Below are positions 17,264-27,690 of a stretch of 64,000 nt of DNA, one piece after another; the stretch's first letter is position 1; the number at the start of each line of letters is the position of its first letter. Below the pieces are notes generated by a model. That model was given only the letters and a program-made list of their open reading frames with translations, searched no databases and was not told the DNA's origin. This DNA is from a bacterium (GTDB lineage: Bacteria; Patescibacteriota; Patescibacteriia; UBA10025): positions 235,527-299,526 of the forward strand of contig JAKAGM010000001.1 in assembly GCA_021815445.1 (NCBI GenBank). The letters are read 5' to 3'. The translations under genes and the position numbers were made by a program.

Positions 17264-18780
17264 GCGACATCATACGAGTTCGTTTTGCACCGTCGCCGAC
17301 GGGCCTCATGCACATCGGCAATTTACGGGCTGCATTATTTAACTTCCTTTTTGCTCGTCACGGGAAAGGAACCTTTATTTTACGCATTGAAGACACTGAC
17401 AAGACTCGATACGTTCCCGAATCACTGCCTAATATTCTTGAAGCCCTCGATTGGTATGGGCTGAATGTTGATGAGGGACCGTTCATGGATTCGAATGGCA
17501 AAGTTGCAGAAAGAGGGGACAGTGGCCCCTACACCCAGTCAAAAAGACTACCTATATACCGACGTTATGCAAATGAACTCGTAGAGAAAAAAGTTGCGTA
17601 TCCGTGTTTCTGCACGCCTGAACGTCTCGAGCAAGTGAGACATGAGCAGTCGAAAAGGAAAGAGGCGCCGAGGTATGACAAACGTTGCCGTGTGATGGAC
17701 CTAGTTGAACGGGAACGTAACATAAAAAGCGGAATTCCAATGGTTATCCGACTCGCGATGCCGACCTCCGGTATTACCGAGTTCAACGATCTCATCAGGG
17801 GTACCGTGAAGTTCGAGAACTCATCCATTGACGACCAGGTGCTGCTCAAGTCAGACGGCTATCCGACATACCATCTTGCCAACGTTGTCGATGACCATCT
17901 GATGCGCATTTCCCATGTGATACGCGCCGAGGAGTGGTTGCCGTCGACTCCCAAACACCTCGTACTCTTTAAAGCGTTCGGTTGGAATCCGCCGCACTAC
18001 GCCCATTTGCCCATGATACTCGGTAATGACCGGACAAAGCTTTCTAAACGGCATGGGGCTGTGCCGGCGCTTAATTACCGTGATTTAGGGTTTCTGCCCC
18101 AGGCCGTTGTTAATTATATCGCACTTCTTGGGTGGAACCCAGGCGGAGAGCGGGAATCTTATTCAGTCAGCGAACTTGTTGATTTATTTTCGCTTAATAA
18201 GGTAAACAAAGCTCCCTCAATATTCGACCTGCAAAAACTCATATGGATGAATGGCATCCACATCAGGAGCATGTCGCCCGAACAACTAGTTCCATATGTG
18301 CGCTGGTTCTTGTCAAAGCTCCCATCTGATGAGTATGATGTTGACGATGCGACAGTCGCAAAGGTATTGACTGTCATCCAGGACAGAATCCCTACACTTG
18401 CCGATATAGCACAATGGGGAAGTTTCTATTTTAAGCGTAAAATATCATACACAAAAGGGGAATTGGCCAACCTGGGGAAGGAACCCGTCAGAAGCTCAAG
18501 TCCAACCGACAGTACCAAGAAGACCGAGGAGGCTCTTAAGTTTGCGTTAAATGTACTTGAGGGGGTGTCTAACCTAACTTTCACCCCGTTGGAATTGCGC
18601 GAAAACTTCATGAAGATGATGCAGGCAGAAGGTAAGGTAAATAAAGACGTTCTTCCTTTCTTACGGTACACGATATCAGGCAGTACTGTGAGTGCGGATG
18701 TCTTTGACATGATGGCATGCCTGGGAAAGGAGAGGACGCTTAAAAGGGTGGAGGAAGCGCTCATGATCCTTAGGACTTGA
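17260..18780 (+). CDS. gltX: Glutamate--tRNA ligase
   Basis: RFAPSPTGLMHIGNLRAALFNFLFARH (HIGH region) and KLSKRHG (KMSKS). Confidence 0.9.
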   Translation: MSDIIRVRFAPSPTGLMHIGNLRAALFNFLFARHGKGTFILRIEDTDKTRYVPESLPNILEALDWYGLNVDEGPFMDSNGKVAERGDSGPYTQSKRLPIYRRYANELVEKKVAYPCFCTPERLEQVRHEQSKRKEAPRYDKRCRVMDLVERERNIKSGIPMVIRLAMPTSGITEFNDLIRGTVKFENSSIDDQVLLKSDGYPTYHLANVVDDHLMRISHVIRAEEWLPSTPKHLVLFKAFGWNPPHYAHLPMILGNDRTKLSKRHGAVPALNYRDLGFLPQAVVNYIALLGWNPGGERESYSVSELVDLFSLNKVNKAPSIFDLQKLIWMNGIHIRSMSPEQLVPYVRWFLSKLPSDEYDVDDATVAKVLTVIQDRIPTLADIAQWGSFYFKRKISYTKGELANLGKEPVRSSSPTDSTKKTEEALKFALNVLEGVSNLTFTPLELRENFMKMMQAEGKVNKDVLPFLRYTISGSTVSADVFDMMACLGKERTLKRVEEALMILRT

Positions 18781-18805
18781 AAAAAAGCGCGAAGTGTGCT
18801 ACAAT
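18777..18805 (+). promoter_or_regulatory. Strong sigma70-type promoter: TTGAAA (18777-18782), 17 nt spacer, TGcTACAAT extended -10 (18797-18805)
   Basis: Read directly. The -35 overlaps the gltX stop codon. Confidence 0.6.
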
Positions 18806-18838
18806 ATGACCGTTCGAAGATTTGATGCTGTATGCACA

Positions 18839-20104
18839 ATGATTTCCAAATATAAACAAAAACGAGTTATAACACTGGGGGTATGCCTGACGTTATTGAT
18901 AGTCGGGTCTGTTGTGTTTGCAATCCGGAGCAGCGCGCAGGAAGCTTCAAACCCGCCAGATACCTCGGCGAAGGCCCAATACGACCAGCTTAATCAGCAA
19001 ATCGAGGAAAAAAAGCTACAGCTTCAGGATCTCAACAACAAGATTAATCAGTACCAGGATAGCATTAAGGTGAAACAGCAAGAGGCGCTTTCACTTCAGG
19101 GTGAGATTGCGCTCATAGACGACCAGGTCAGTCAAACAAACACGGATATTGACCGGATTAAAGTGGAGCTGGAACGTACAGATCTTGAAATAAAGCAACT
19201 CGCACTCCAAGTCGAACAAAAAAAACAGCAAGTCACCGTGCTCAATGAAAGGCTAGGGGATTACATCCGGCTCCTCAACCAGTACGACGGGGAGAGTGGG
19301 CTTCGAATACTGCTCAGTGAGGGTTCAATTTCGGATTTTTTTGACCGTGTTCAATACTCCGAAGATGTACAACAAAAGATAAAAGACAATCTGGTAGACG
19401 TGAGAAAGGGGAAAGAGGCTTTACAGGAAGAGCAAAGCGCCCAGGAAGCTAAAAAAGGCGAGCTTGCTTCGTTAAACGATCATTTGACGCAAAGTATTCA
19501 GAACCTCAAAGACCAGCAGTCGTATAAGACCGATCTCCTGAATAAAACAAAGGATAACCAAAGTGTCTTCGAGGATTTGCTGACACAAGCGCAGGTTGAA
19601 CAAAAGCAAGTTGATGCGGAAATTTCATCAACAGAGGAGCGTGCGCGCCAAAAACTTGCCCAGGAAGGGTCTAAGTTATTGGATTCGGTCGCGGCGCTGT
19701 CATGGCCCGTCAGCCCGCGCAATGGAATCAGTGCGTACTTTCATGACCCAACCTACATTTTTCGAAGGTACTTTGAGCATCCGGCTATCGACATTCCTAC
19801 ACCGCAGGGAACTCCTATCCTTGCACCGGCGGACGGGTATGTATCACGAGCCAAGAATGCTGGGATGGGATACAGTTTTATCATGATAATCCATAATAAC
19901 CAAATCTCCACGGTATACGGCCACGTCAGCAAGATTGAGGTTACTGAGGACCAATACGTCAGACGCGGAGACGAAATAGGCCTCAGCGGGGGGATGCCGG
20001 GTACTCCTGGAGCTGGCCAAATGACCACCGGGTCACATTTGCATTTTGAGGTGCGCCTCAATGGTCTTCCTGTAAATCCGCTGGATTATCTTCCAAAGAT
20101 TTAA
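18839..20104 (+). CDS. M23-family metallopeptidase with an N-terminal TM segment and a long coiled-coil (EnvC/murein-hydrolase-activator-like)
   Basis: Coiled-coil heptads. The C-terminal LytM domain has HPAIDI...GYVS...GHVS...GSHLHFEV. The start is moved to ATG 18839 because 18794 lies inside the promoter. Confidence 0.75.
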   Translation: MISKYKQKRVITLGVCLTLLIVGSVVFAIRSSAQEASNPPDTSAKAQYDQLNQQIEEKKLQLQDLNNKINQYQDSIKVKQQEALSLQGEIALIDDQVSQTNTDIDRIKVELERTDLEIKQLALQVEQKKQQVTVLNERLGDYIRLLNQYDGESGLRILLSEGSISDFFDRVQYSEDVQQKIKDNLVDVRKGKEALQEEQSAQEAKKGELASLNDHLTQSIQNLKDQQSYKTDLLNKTKDNQSVFEDLLTQAQVEQKQVDAEISSTEERARQKLAQEGSKLLDSVAALSWPVSPRNGISAYFHDPTYIFRRYFEHPAIDIPTPQGTPILAPADGYVSRAKNAGMGYSFIMIIHNNQISTVYGHVSKIEVTEDQYVRRGDEIGLSGGMPGTPGAGQMTTGSHLHFEVRLNGLPVNPLDYLPKI

Positions 20105-20221
20105 TTGGAGTGTCTTTCTAAGTACGTTGCGGGGGACTGAACGTTGCTAGTTTTGACTATAATAGTATGTGTCGCACAATATATCTTAGACGTCACTTGA
20201 GATTGCGGTAAATAATAGTCG

Positions 20222-20653
20222 CTAAAGTCTCAATAAAGCGAGCAGTACCAGCATGTACGCTATTTGGACTAGCACGCCGGGCGTAAAAGGTATCTCGTGC
20301 TGGATTTTCTCGTGAAACTTCCGGAAAGGCGCGAAAATTCTTTTGAGTGAGACATGATGCCTGGTGAGCGTGAGAATATCTGGGAGTATGGATCCAGTAA
20401 CTCCGAAACAGATTGCTAACAGGGCTGATGGATGGAGCGCTATAAATGCCAACACAAGAAGCGCTGGGGCGGTGAGATCGGGCCAGAAAACGATGAAATC
20501 CCTAATATGTATTCTCTGCGGAACCGGATAGTTCCAATGTGGTATTGCGTCGAGCAGAAAATGGCTTGTGAACCCTAACGCAAAAGATAACCACGGTGAG
20601 CTGACCTTCGCTCCTATTACGGCACCTGTAAGCGTATGGGCAAGGAGCAGCAT
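20222..20653 (-). CDS. Small polytopic membrane protein, possibly DUF457/YdjM-like membrane-bound metal-dependent hydrolase
   Basis: 143 aa with 4 TM helices. Histidine-rich motifs SHFLLDAIPHW and LPDILTLTRHH. Confidence 0.35.
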   Translation of the reverse strand: MLLLAHTLTGAVIGAKVSSPWLSFALGFTSHFLLDAIPHWNYPVPQRIHIRDFIVFWPDLTAPALLVLAFIALHPSALLAICFGVTGSILPDILTLTRHHVSLKRIFAPFRKFHEKIQHEIPFTPGVLVQIAYMLVLLALLRL

Positions 20654-20656
20654 ATG

Positions 20657-21508
20657 CTATTTGTAATATACCCTGTCGAGAATACGGACGTCTATGTACT
20701 CACGAGGAGGACTTGCCTTAAAGCGTTCGTTCCAAATCTTGACGAAGTTACTATATTGAGATGCGAGATCGTTTTCCATTGAAAAATATATTTGCCAACC
20801 GTCCTTTGTTTTAAGGTGGATTTCAAAAGGTATGCCCGTGGGAAGTACCCACTGACTGATTTGAATGCCAGTCTGTTGGGGCAACTTCTGTGATGTATCG
20901 ATCACGAAGCGCATTGTGCCGGGTGTCACGAGACTATCCCCTACCCTCATAGCACGAGACGTGTCTTCCTGGACAATGTTAATAAGGGCTGGATCGGTTG
21001 ATTCTGATAATCGTTCCTCAGATAACTGGCCATTTTCCTCAATAAAGAAATAACGGCCGTCAATTTGAAGTACACCAACTGGTTTTTTTTCGGTGTAAGA
21101 AACTTCGAGAGTATGCAGTAGCTTTTTTCGAATTGTAAGTTTTTGAAAGCTATATTGCTCGGATAGCTTGTTGCGCAACTCATTCGTAGAAAAAGAAAAA
21201 AGATTGTTCTGCCTCAAAACAATCAAATGCCGCGAATTAACTTGATTTAATACGATTTGCCTAATTTTGTTATTAGACTCAGGAGTGCCGCCATTAATAT
21301 CGATAGTTGTGACCGTGAATAGCGGAGAATAGAGCAAGCCATACAGCACTCCAAGGGCAACTACTGTGAAAATCAGAAAAAATAAACTAAGGTTACCGGC
21401 AATTAGTGATGTAAACGAGCCTCTTTGAAAAAGCGGGTTTCGATACATTGGACTGCGAGTTTCCGTCCTCTGCGTAATAAGAGCTTTGTTTCTGAAATCC
21501 CAACGCAT
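20657..21508 (-). CDS. ftsQ: Cell division protein FtsQ/DivIB-like (POTRA domain)
   Basis: Single N-terminal TM helix, a POTRA-like domain, and a position directly downstream of ddl. Confidence 0.6.
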   Translation of the reverse strand: MRWDFRNKALITQRTETRSPMYRNPLFQRGSFTSLIAGNLSLFFLIFTVVALGVLYGLLYSPLFTVTTIDINGGTPESNNKIRQIVLNQVNSRHLIVLRQNNLFSFSTNELRNKLSEQYSFQKLTIRKKLLHTLEVSYTEKKPVGVLQIDGRYFFIEENGQLSEERLSESTDPALINIVQEDTSRAMRVGDSLVTPGTMRFVIDTSQKLPQQTGIQISQWVLPTGIPFEIHLKTKDGWQIYFSMENDLASQYSNFVKIWNERFKASPPREYIDVRILDRVYYK

Positions 21509-21550
21509 ACTGCGTTTATCTGTTTATGGATGGAGCGCGCGGTTCCGCCA

Positions 21551-22681
21551 TTACCGCTTATGCCACTCCTCACTAGGCCTGTATTGGCGGGTAAGCTTGC
21601 TTTTTTCGCGGTGTCGCTCAATTGCGTGAGTTATCAGCTCGTCGAGCAAGTCAGAATATGAAACGCCTGTAGCTTCCCAAAGTTTTGGATACATGCTGAT
21701 GTCGGTAAACCCAGGGATAGTATTTGCCTCATTGACCCATATGCGGCGTCCGCGGACAAGGAAATCAACACGCGCCATGCCGCAAAGATCCAAGGCCTTA
21801 AACGCTCGTATCGCCATTTCACGTACAATTTTGCTTTGCTTTCGAGAGAGTTTTGCGGGGATAGTTGCTTGAGATTTCCCGTCGACATATTTTGCGTCAT
21901 AATCATAGAACTCATTTGATGAAATTATTTCTCCGGGTACGGACGAACGTGGGGCGTTATTTCCAAGCACGGAACACTCAATGTCGCGCGCATTTTCAAT
22001 ACTTTTTTCAACTACTACTTTGCGATCATAAGCAAAGGCCTTTTTGATCGCACTATTTATTTGTTTTACGGTATGCACTTTTGAAATCCCGACAGATGAA
22101 CCCATATTTGCCGGTTTTACAAAGAGTGGGTAGCCGATCTTTTTCATTTCACGCAAAATATATTTTTTTTGATGTCGCCATTCCCAAAAGGTAAAGGAGA
22201 TGAACTGAACTATGGGAAGTCCAGCCACCAAAAATAGGCGCTTCATGATGTCTTTATCCATAGCTACCGCAGACCCTAGCACTCCCGCCCCTACATAAGG
22301 GATGTCGGCAAGCTCGAAGAGGCCCTGTATAGTTCCATCTTCACCAAGCGGCCCATGGAGCACGGGGAAAATAACGTCAAGTTTCCTGGTAGACGGTTTT
22401 TTTCCTGAAGCCGTTGGAACAAGCGTTCGTATTTTTGGATCCGGGACGAGAGTCAGCTCTGGTCGAATATCCGTATCATAAGCATGTGTCGTGAGGAGAG
22501 GAAGCGCGTCGGTCGAGGAAAGCCATTTACCTTCTTTCGTGATGCCAATAGGTACGATGGTATATTTTCTCTTGTCAAGAGATTTAATGACTGACCTCGC
22601 GGAAACCAAAGACACCTCATGTTCTCCCGACCTGCCACCAAAGATGACTCCTACAGTAATTTTTTCTCTTCGTTTGGACAT
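21551..22681 (-). CDS. ddl: D-alanine--D-alanine ligase
   Basis: ITVGVIFGGRSGEHEVSLVSARSV... and an ATP-grasp C-terminus. 376 aa. Confidence 0.9.
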   Translation of the reverse strand: MSKRREKITVGVIFGGRSGEHEVSLVSARSVIKSLDKRKYTIVPIGITKEGKWLSSTDALPLLTTHAYDTDIRPELTLVPDPKIRTLVPTASGKKPSTRKLDVIFPVLHGPLGEDGTIQGLFELADIPYVGAGVLGSAVAMDKDIMKRLFLVAGLPIVQFISFTFWEWRHQKKYILREMKKIGYPLFVKPANMGSSVGISKVHTVKQINSAIKKAFAYDRKVVVEKSIENARDIECSVLGNNAPRSSVPGEIISSNEFYDYDAKYVDGKSQATIPAKLSRKQSKIVREMAIRAFKALDLCGMARVDFLVRGRRIWVNEANTIPGFTDISMYPKLWEATGVSYSDLLDELITHAIERHREKSKLTRQYRPSEEWHKR

Positions 22682-22684
22682 AGG

Positions 22685-23845
22685 TTATACGATTACCCTC
22701 GGCAGCAAGGGATTTATTCTGGTTACCACCTCATAATTTATTGTTTGGATTTGATTTGCCATCATATCAGCAGAAACGAGCTTCCCAGATTGAACGCCAA
22801 TAATTACGGCTGGGTCCCCTTCCTTTACGCTGGTAGCATGAGAAACGTCCACCATCATCATGTTCATACATACACGACCGAGAACCTTTGCTATGCGCCC
22901 GTGAATGAGCACATACCCGCCATGAGAGAATTTACGGTCAACTCCGTCCCAGTAGCCGACAGGCAAAACAGCGATACGCATCCTTTTTTTTGATCTGTAG
23001 TCGCAACCATACCCGACACAGGTATTCTGTGGTATTGATTTTACCTGGATTATCGTCGTTTTCCAAGAGAGGACGGGGATAAGTGAGCACCAAGGATAGC
23101 GTCGGTGTATTAATCCGTCAGTACGCGATACCGAAGTAAGCCCGTAGAGTGAGATGCCGATACGCGCCATTGAGAAATGACTTTGCTGATTCAGGATGGT
23201 TGACGCGCTGCAGCCGGCGTGACAGATTGGAATAATGATCCCATGCTTTTTGCAATGATTCAAAATAAGTCCGAGGGATTTGATCTGAGCATTTGTAAAA
23301 GATTGGTTGACATTTTCCGAATCCGCAAAATGGGTATACAGCCCCTCTAATTCAACATATGGGAGCTTGTGCACCGAGCGGATAAATTTGAGACTGTCCT
23401 CAGGTCTTACGCCAAGGCGTGTAGTCCCGGTATCTATTTTTACATGAACAATTGCGCGTGTTTTGAGTTTTTGTGCAATTTTGGATATGCGGCGGGCAGC
23501 TGCAAGATTGTATACTGGCAAAGCAATTTTTTTACGTATACTATCAGGAATGTGATCAATTTGACTGATATAGCTTAAGACAAGGATTCTCGACCATATC
23601 CCCTGCTTGCGCAAATCAAGCGCTTCCTGACTGCTTGCTACTCCGAACCACCTAACGCCAGCATCTTGTGCGATATGCGCGACGATTCTCATGTCATGGC
23701 CGTAGGCATTTGATTTTACCACAGCCATCAGTGACGATGTACTTGAGCGCAAAATTCGCTGGAACATGCCGATGTTGTGTTTGAGGGCGCTCTGAGATAT
23801 CTCGATCCAGGTCAGAGCATGCTGTGCAGCACTTCGAGGTTTCAT
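22685..23845 (-). CDS. alr: Alanine racemase
   Basis: LMAVVKSNAYGHDM pyridoxal-phosphate-lysine motif. 386 aa. Confidence 0.85.
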   Translation of the reverse strand: MKPRSAAQHALTWIEISQSALKHNIGMFQRILRSSTSSLMAVVKSNAYGHDMRIVAHIAQDAGVRWFGVASSQEALDLRKQGIWSRILVLSYISQIDHIPDSIRKKIALPVYNLAAARRISKIAQKLKTRAIVHVKIDTGTTRLGVRPEDSLKFIRSVHKLPYVELEGLYTHFADSENVNQSFTNAQIKSLGLILNHCKKHGIIIPICHAGCSASTILNQQSHFSMARIGISLYGLTSVSRTDGLIHRRYPWCSLIPVLSWKTTIIQVKSIPQNTCVGYGCDYRSKKRMRIAVLPVGYWDGVDRKFSHGGYVLIHGRIAKVLGRVCMNMMMVDVSHATSVKEGDPAVIIGVQSGKLVSADMMANQIQTINYEVVTRINPLLPRVIV

Positions 23846-25113
23846 GTAGGCTTAGAAATAGATTTTTTTGACCCCATATAAGGCCTAAGCACCTCTGGTA
23901 CTGCGATTGTTCCATCTTTTTGTTGGTAATTTTCCAGAATGCTAATCAGTGTGCGCGGTGTCATCGCTGTTGCATTTAAAATATACGGGAAGACGGTGGC
24001 GTTTTCTTTGTTTCGAAATTTGATATTGTTCCTCCTGGCCTGATAATCGGTACAGTTAGAAGCAGAATGGGTTTCGCGGTATGTCTGCTCAGACGGCAGC
24101 CAGCATTCAAGATCGATGACCTTAGCGGACGGCTTCGGCAGGTCACCCGTACATACTGAGAGCAGATGGTACGGGAGGCCTAGCGATTTGACCAGCCGTT
24201 CTTGTATGCTGACCAGCCGCTCGAATTGATCCCACGACGAATCTGGTGCCGAAAGTACCACCATTTCAAGCTTATCGAACTGATGGACTCGAAGGATCCC
24301 TTTAGTGTCTTTTCCGTAACTTCCCGCTTCGCGCCTGAAACACGTAGAATATGCAGCATACGACAAAGGGATGGATTCTGCAGGAAGTATTTCCCCGCTA
24401 TGATAAGGAACCAGTGCGTGTTCACCTGTGCCGACGAGGAAGAGGTCGTCGTCGGGAAGATAATACGCCTCCCCACCGGCAGTATATGAGTCATAGCCAG
24501 TATTTTCCATTGTTTGGCGTTTTACCAGCACCGGTGGTATGAATAAAGTAAATCCTTCATTTGTCAGCTGTTCGATCGCATAGTGTAGTAACGCAAACCA
24601 AAGAAGTGCGCCGTCCCCCTTGAGATAACCAAATCTTGTTCCGCTAACTTTTGCAGCGCGTACAGTATCGATAATGTCCAGACGCTGGGCAAGCGTCATG
24701 TAATCCAGGGGCTGGAAGGCGAAGGAAGTTTTTTTACCAACTGTCTTGATGACAACGTTATCACGATCTGATTTTCCTACAGGGACATGATCAGCGGGAA
24801 TATTTGGAAGACCGTATAACAGCAATTTGCGCTTATTCGCCAACTGTTCGAGTTTTTTATCCTCCATTTTTTCTTTTGCAGACCACTTAGCAATCTCTTT
24901 CAGCTTGGTCGATTTCTCCTTTGGCGTAAGATTTTTAATTGTCTTGTTGAATGTGTTCTTTTTGGACTGTAATTCCTCCAATGACTGCAGAACCTTCCTG
25001 TATTCCTTATCAATACTTATAATATCCGCCACAACGGTCTTATCAACGTTTCTCAATTGAAGCTTCTCCATCGCCTCTTTTAGGTTTGCGCGCAAGTATG
25101 CAATATCGATCAT
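23842..25113 (-). CDS. serS: Serine--tRNA ligase
   Basis: N-terminal coiled-coil arm and a class II core (...TCFRREAGSYGKDTKGILRVHQF...). Confidence 0.9.
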   Translation of the reverse strand: MIDIAYLRANLKEAMEKLQLRNVDKTVVADIISIDKEYRKVLQSLEELQSKKNTFNKTIKNLTPKEKSTKLKEIAKWSAKEKMEDKKLEQLANKRKLLLYGLPNIPADHVPVGKSDRDNVVIKTVGKKTSFAFQPLDYMTLAQRLDIIDTVRAAKVSGTRFGYLKGDGALLWFALLHYAIEQLTNEGFTLFIPPVLVKRQTMENTGYDSYTAGGEAYYLPDDDLFLVGTGEHALVPYHSGEILPAESIPLSYAAYSTCFRREAGSYGKDTKGILRVHQFDKLEMVVLSAPDSSWDQFERLVSIQERLVKSLGLPYHLLSVCTGDLPKPSAKVIDLECWLPSEQTYRETHSASNCTDYQARRNNIKFRNKENATVFPYILNATAMTPRTLISILENYQQKDGTIAVPEVLRPYMGSKKSISKPT

Positions 25114-25120
25114 ACGCTAT

Positions 25121-25555
25121 TTATTGAATTGGAGGCGGGCTATGATGCTCGGCCCGACCTAGAAAATACAGCGTAATAAGGGCTACAGAAGTCGCTATAA
25201 TTGCCGCTGTATAATATCCGATACCTACCGCGAGCCCTATAGCGGCAACAACCCAAATAGTGGCGGCGGTTGTCAGCCCAAAAACCGAATTACGACCTTG
25301 GAATATAGCGCCTGCCCCCAAAAACCCCACCCCCGTAATGGCTTGGCTTGCTATCCTGCTTACTGCCGATGGATCAGAAAATGAGCTTAGCTTGATCGCG
25401 ATAATCATCATTAGCGTCGTACCGAGACCTACCAGAATATTCGTCCTTAGCCCTGCCGGCTTGTGGATATGTTCGCGCTCAAGCCCTATGAGGCCCGCGC
25501 ATACAACTATAGTAATTATCCTTATAAGAATCACCATGGTTGTCAGTTCGCCCAT
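25121..25555 (-). CDS. MgtC/SapB-family membrane protein
   Basis: IGLEREHIHKPAGLRTNILVGLGTTL is the MgtC signature. Confidence 0.7.
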   Translation of the reverse strand: MGELTTMVILIRIITIVVCAGLIGLEREHIHKPAGLRTNILVGLGTTLMMIIAIKLSSFSDPSAVSRIASQAITGVGFLGAGAIFQGRNSVFGLTTAATIWVVAAIGLAVGIGYYTAAIIATSVALITLYFLGRAEHHSPPPIQ

Positions 25556-25588
25556 ATATTATTGTACTGGTTAATTGAATTGAATGTT

Positions 25589-26146
25589 TTAGAGTTCGAG
25601 TTGCCCGGATATAGTCTGCAGGGCTTGAAGTACGTTAGCAACATGTTCGTCGATAGACAATCCAAGCTCGACGGCTCCCTGTTGAATCTCGGAACGATTT
25701 ATCTGTCGTGCGAATGACTTGCTCTTCAGCTTCTTTTTCACAGATCGAACATCGACTTCGGATAGCTTTTTATTCGGTTGTATGAGAGCTATCGCAATGA
25801 TAAAACCACAAAGCTCGTCGACGGCGAATATGACTTTTTTCGCCCGAGTGTCGCGAGGTTCACACGTATGAGGCGCGTGAGCACGTATTGTAGAAATAAT
25901 TTCGTCAGGATAACCGCGTTGTCGGAGGATCTCGGATCCCCGGAAGGGATGATCATCAAGACTGGGAAACTTTTCATAGTCAAAGTCATGCAAAAGCCCG
26001 ACAATCCCCCACCATTCCTGATCCTCTCCATACATACCCGCATAGTACTTCATTGCCGCCTCAACAGCGAGCATGTGCTTTACCAATTGAGGGTTCCCGA
26101 CAAACTCGCCAAGCAGTTTCCAGGCTTCTTCGCGCGATACTGTCAT
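25589..26146 (-). CDS. HD-domain phosphohydrolase
   Basis: H...HD motif (LLHDFDYEKF) and an HDIG-like organisation. Confidence 0.6.
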   Translation of the reverse strand: MTVSREEAWKLLGEFVGNPQLVKHMLAVEAAMKYYAGMYGEDQEWWGIVGLLHDFDYEKFPSLDDHPFRGSEILRQRGYPDEIISTIRAHAPHTCEPRDTRAKKVIFAVDELCGFIIAIALIQPNKKLSEVDVRSVKKKLKSKSFARQINRSEIQQGAVELGLSIDEHVANVLQALQTISGQLEL

Positions 26147-27651
26147 TGTGTTTGAGGTTTTAACGTGGGAAACAGTATAACTTCCTTAATACTATGGGTG
26201 TCGGTGAGAATATTGGTAAGGCGGTCAATGCCCATTCCGAGACCGGCAGTCGGGGGCATTCCATACGTCAGCGCCTCAATAAAGTCAGCATCACTATGAT
26301 GTGCCTCATTGTCGCCGCGTTTCCTGTTTTTTTCCTGGTCGTCAAAACGATCTTGTTGATCAGTCGGATCGTTGATCTCTGAAAAGGCGTTGGCAAGCTC
26401 CTTGCCGCCCGCAAAAAGTTGAAACCGTTCGACGTAACGCGTGTCATTTTCAGTTTTCTTCGCAAGCGGAGAAAGTTCGATAGGATACCTGTAGAGGAAT
26501 GCAGGCTGGATAAGGTATGGCCGAACAAAATTTTTAATTGCTTCATCGAGCATCTTGGCTCTATTCCATTTCTTCTCAGTAACAATATTGCGTTTTGACA
26601 GCTCACTCGCTAATTTTTTTTCATTTGGGTAGTTATCGATGTCAAACTTGGCGTACTCAAGTATGGCATCACGGAAGGTAAGCCGGCGGTACGGAGGGGT
26701 GAAATTGAGCTGATTCCCTTCATAAGGGACCATGAAATCGCCGCGGACTGAATGAACGAGAGCAACCATCATGCGCTCGGTAAACGCCATGAGCTCAAAA
26801 TAGTCCATGTACGCGGCATACAGTTCGACCTGGGTGAACTCGGGATTATGTAAATGATCGATGCCTTCGTTTCGAAAACAACGAGCTATTTCAAAGACGC
26901 GCTCGAATCCTCCGATGATAAGCCTTTTAAGAAAAAGCTCCGGCGCTACACGGAGAAATAAATCCGCACCGAGTGCGTTATGATGAGTAATAAATGGTTC
27001 GGCTAACGCCCCGCCCGCCATCGTTTGCAGGATAGGAGTCTCAACTTCGATGAAACGTTCGTCTTCCAGGAAGGAGCGCAGAGTTCTGATGAGCGCATGA
27101 CGCTTGAGAAAAATAGACTTCACCTCAGGATTTGAAAGCAGATCGAGATATCTTTTTCTATAACGGATTTCAACATCGCTTAATCCATGCCATTTCTCTG
27201 GCAGAGGATTTAATGACTTAGAGATAAGTCGAAAACGCTCGACAAGAAGGGATTTCTCCCCTCTTTTTGTCAGATAGGGTTTACCTGCGGCTTCCAAAAA
27301 ATCTCCAACATCCAGTGTTTTGATGAATGTGTCATACTGCTCTTCTCCCAGTCCATCCCGCTGCAGAAAGATTTGCACCTTGTCGGTGCCGTCTTGAATA
27401 TGCGCAAAACATGACCCGCCGTGCAGCCTGATGGATCTCACTCTGCCTACGAGTGTTATAAGCTGACCGTCCGAAAGTAGCTTCTCAAAGTCTGCAAGAA
27501 ACGCCCGGCAACTGTGCGAACGGACGATTCGCGCAGGATAGGGATCAATGCCTTTTTTTATAACATTCTTTCTCCGTAGTAGGCGTGTTGCTTGTTCGTT
27601 GTCCATGTCTGCCATATGCGATACTATATCATTTTTTTTTCGTAAAAGCAA
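26143..27651 (-). CDS. lysS: Lysine--tRNA ligase (class II)
   Basis: OB-fold anticodon-binding N-terminus, class II motifs (FRNEGIDHLHNPEFT) and a C-terminal GMGIDRL. Confidence 0.9.
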   Translation of the reverse strand: MLLRKKNDIVSHMADMDNEQATRLLRRKNVIKKGIDPYPARIVRSHSCRAFLADFEKLLSDGQLITLVGRVRSIRLHGGSCFAHIQDGTDKVQIFLQRDGLGEEQYDTFIKTLDVGDFLEAAGKPYLTKRGEKSLLVERFRLISKSLNPLPEKWHGLSDVEIRYRKRYLDLLSNPEVKSIFLKRHALIRTLRSFLEDERFIEVETPILQTMAGGALAEPFITHHNALGADLFLRVAPELFLKRLIIGGFERVFEIARCFRNEGIDHLHNPEFTQVELYAAYMDYFELMAFTERMMVALVHSVRGDFMVPYEGNQLNFTPPYRRLTFRDAILEYAKFDIDNYPNEKKLASELSKRNIVTEKKWNRAKMLDEAIKNFVRPYLIQPAFLYRYPIELSPLAKKTENDTRYVERFQLFAGGKELANAFSEINDPTDQQDRFDDQEKNRKRGDNEAHHSDADFIEALTYGMPPTAGLGMGIDRLTNILTDTHSIKEVILFPTLKPQTQ

Positions 27652-27690
27652 AAAACAGCCCTTCTTGATATCCCCTTAACTTAAAAAGGC

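Noticed and set aside
18794-18838. The annotated start of the M23 peptidase ORF at 18794
   Set aside because: It lies between the -35 and -10 of a near-consensus promoter. ATG 18839 gives a sensible TM/coiled-coil N-terminus.
20105-20221. Possible bidirectional terminator between the convergent M23 peptidase and DUF457-like genes
   Set aside because: Only imperfect short inverted repeats (for example TGTGTCGCACA) were seen, with no convincing stem plus U-run on either strand.
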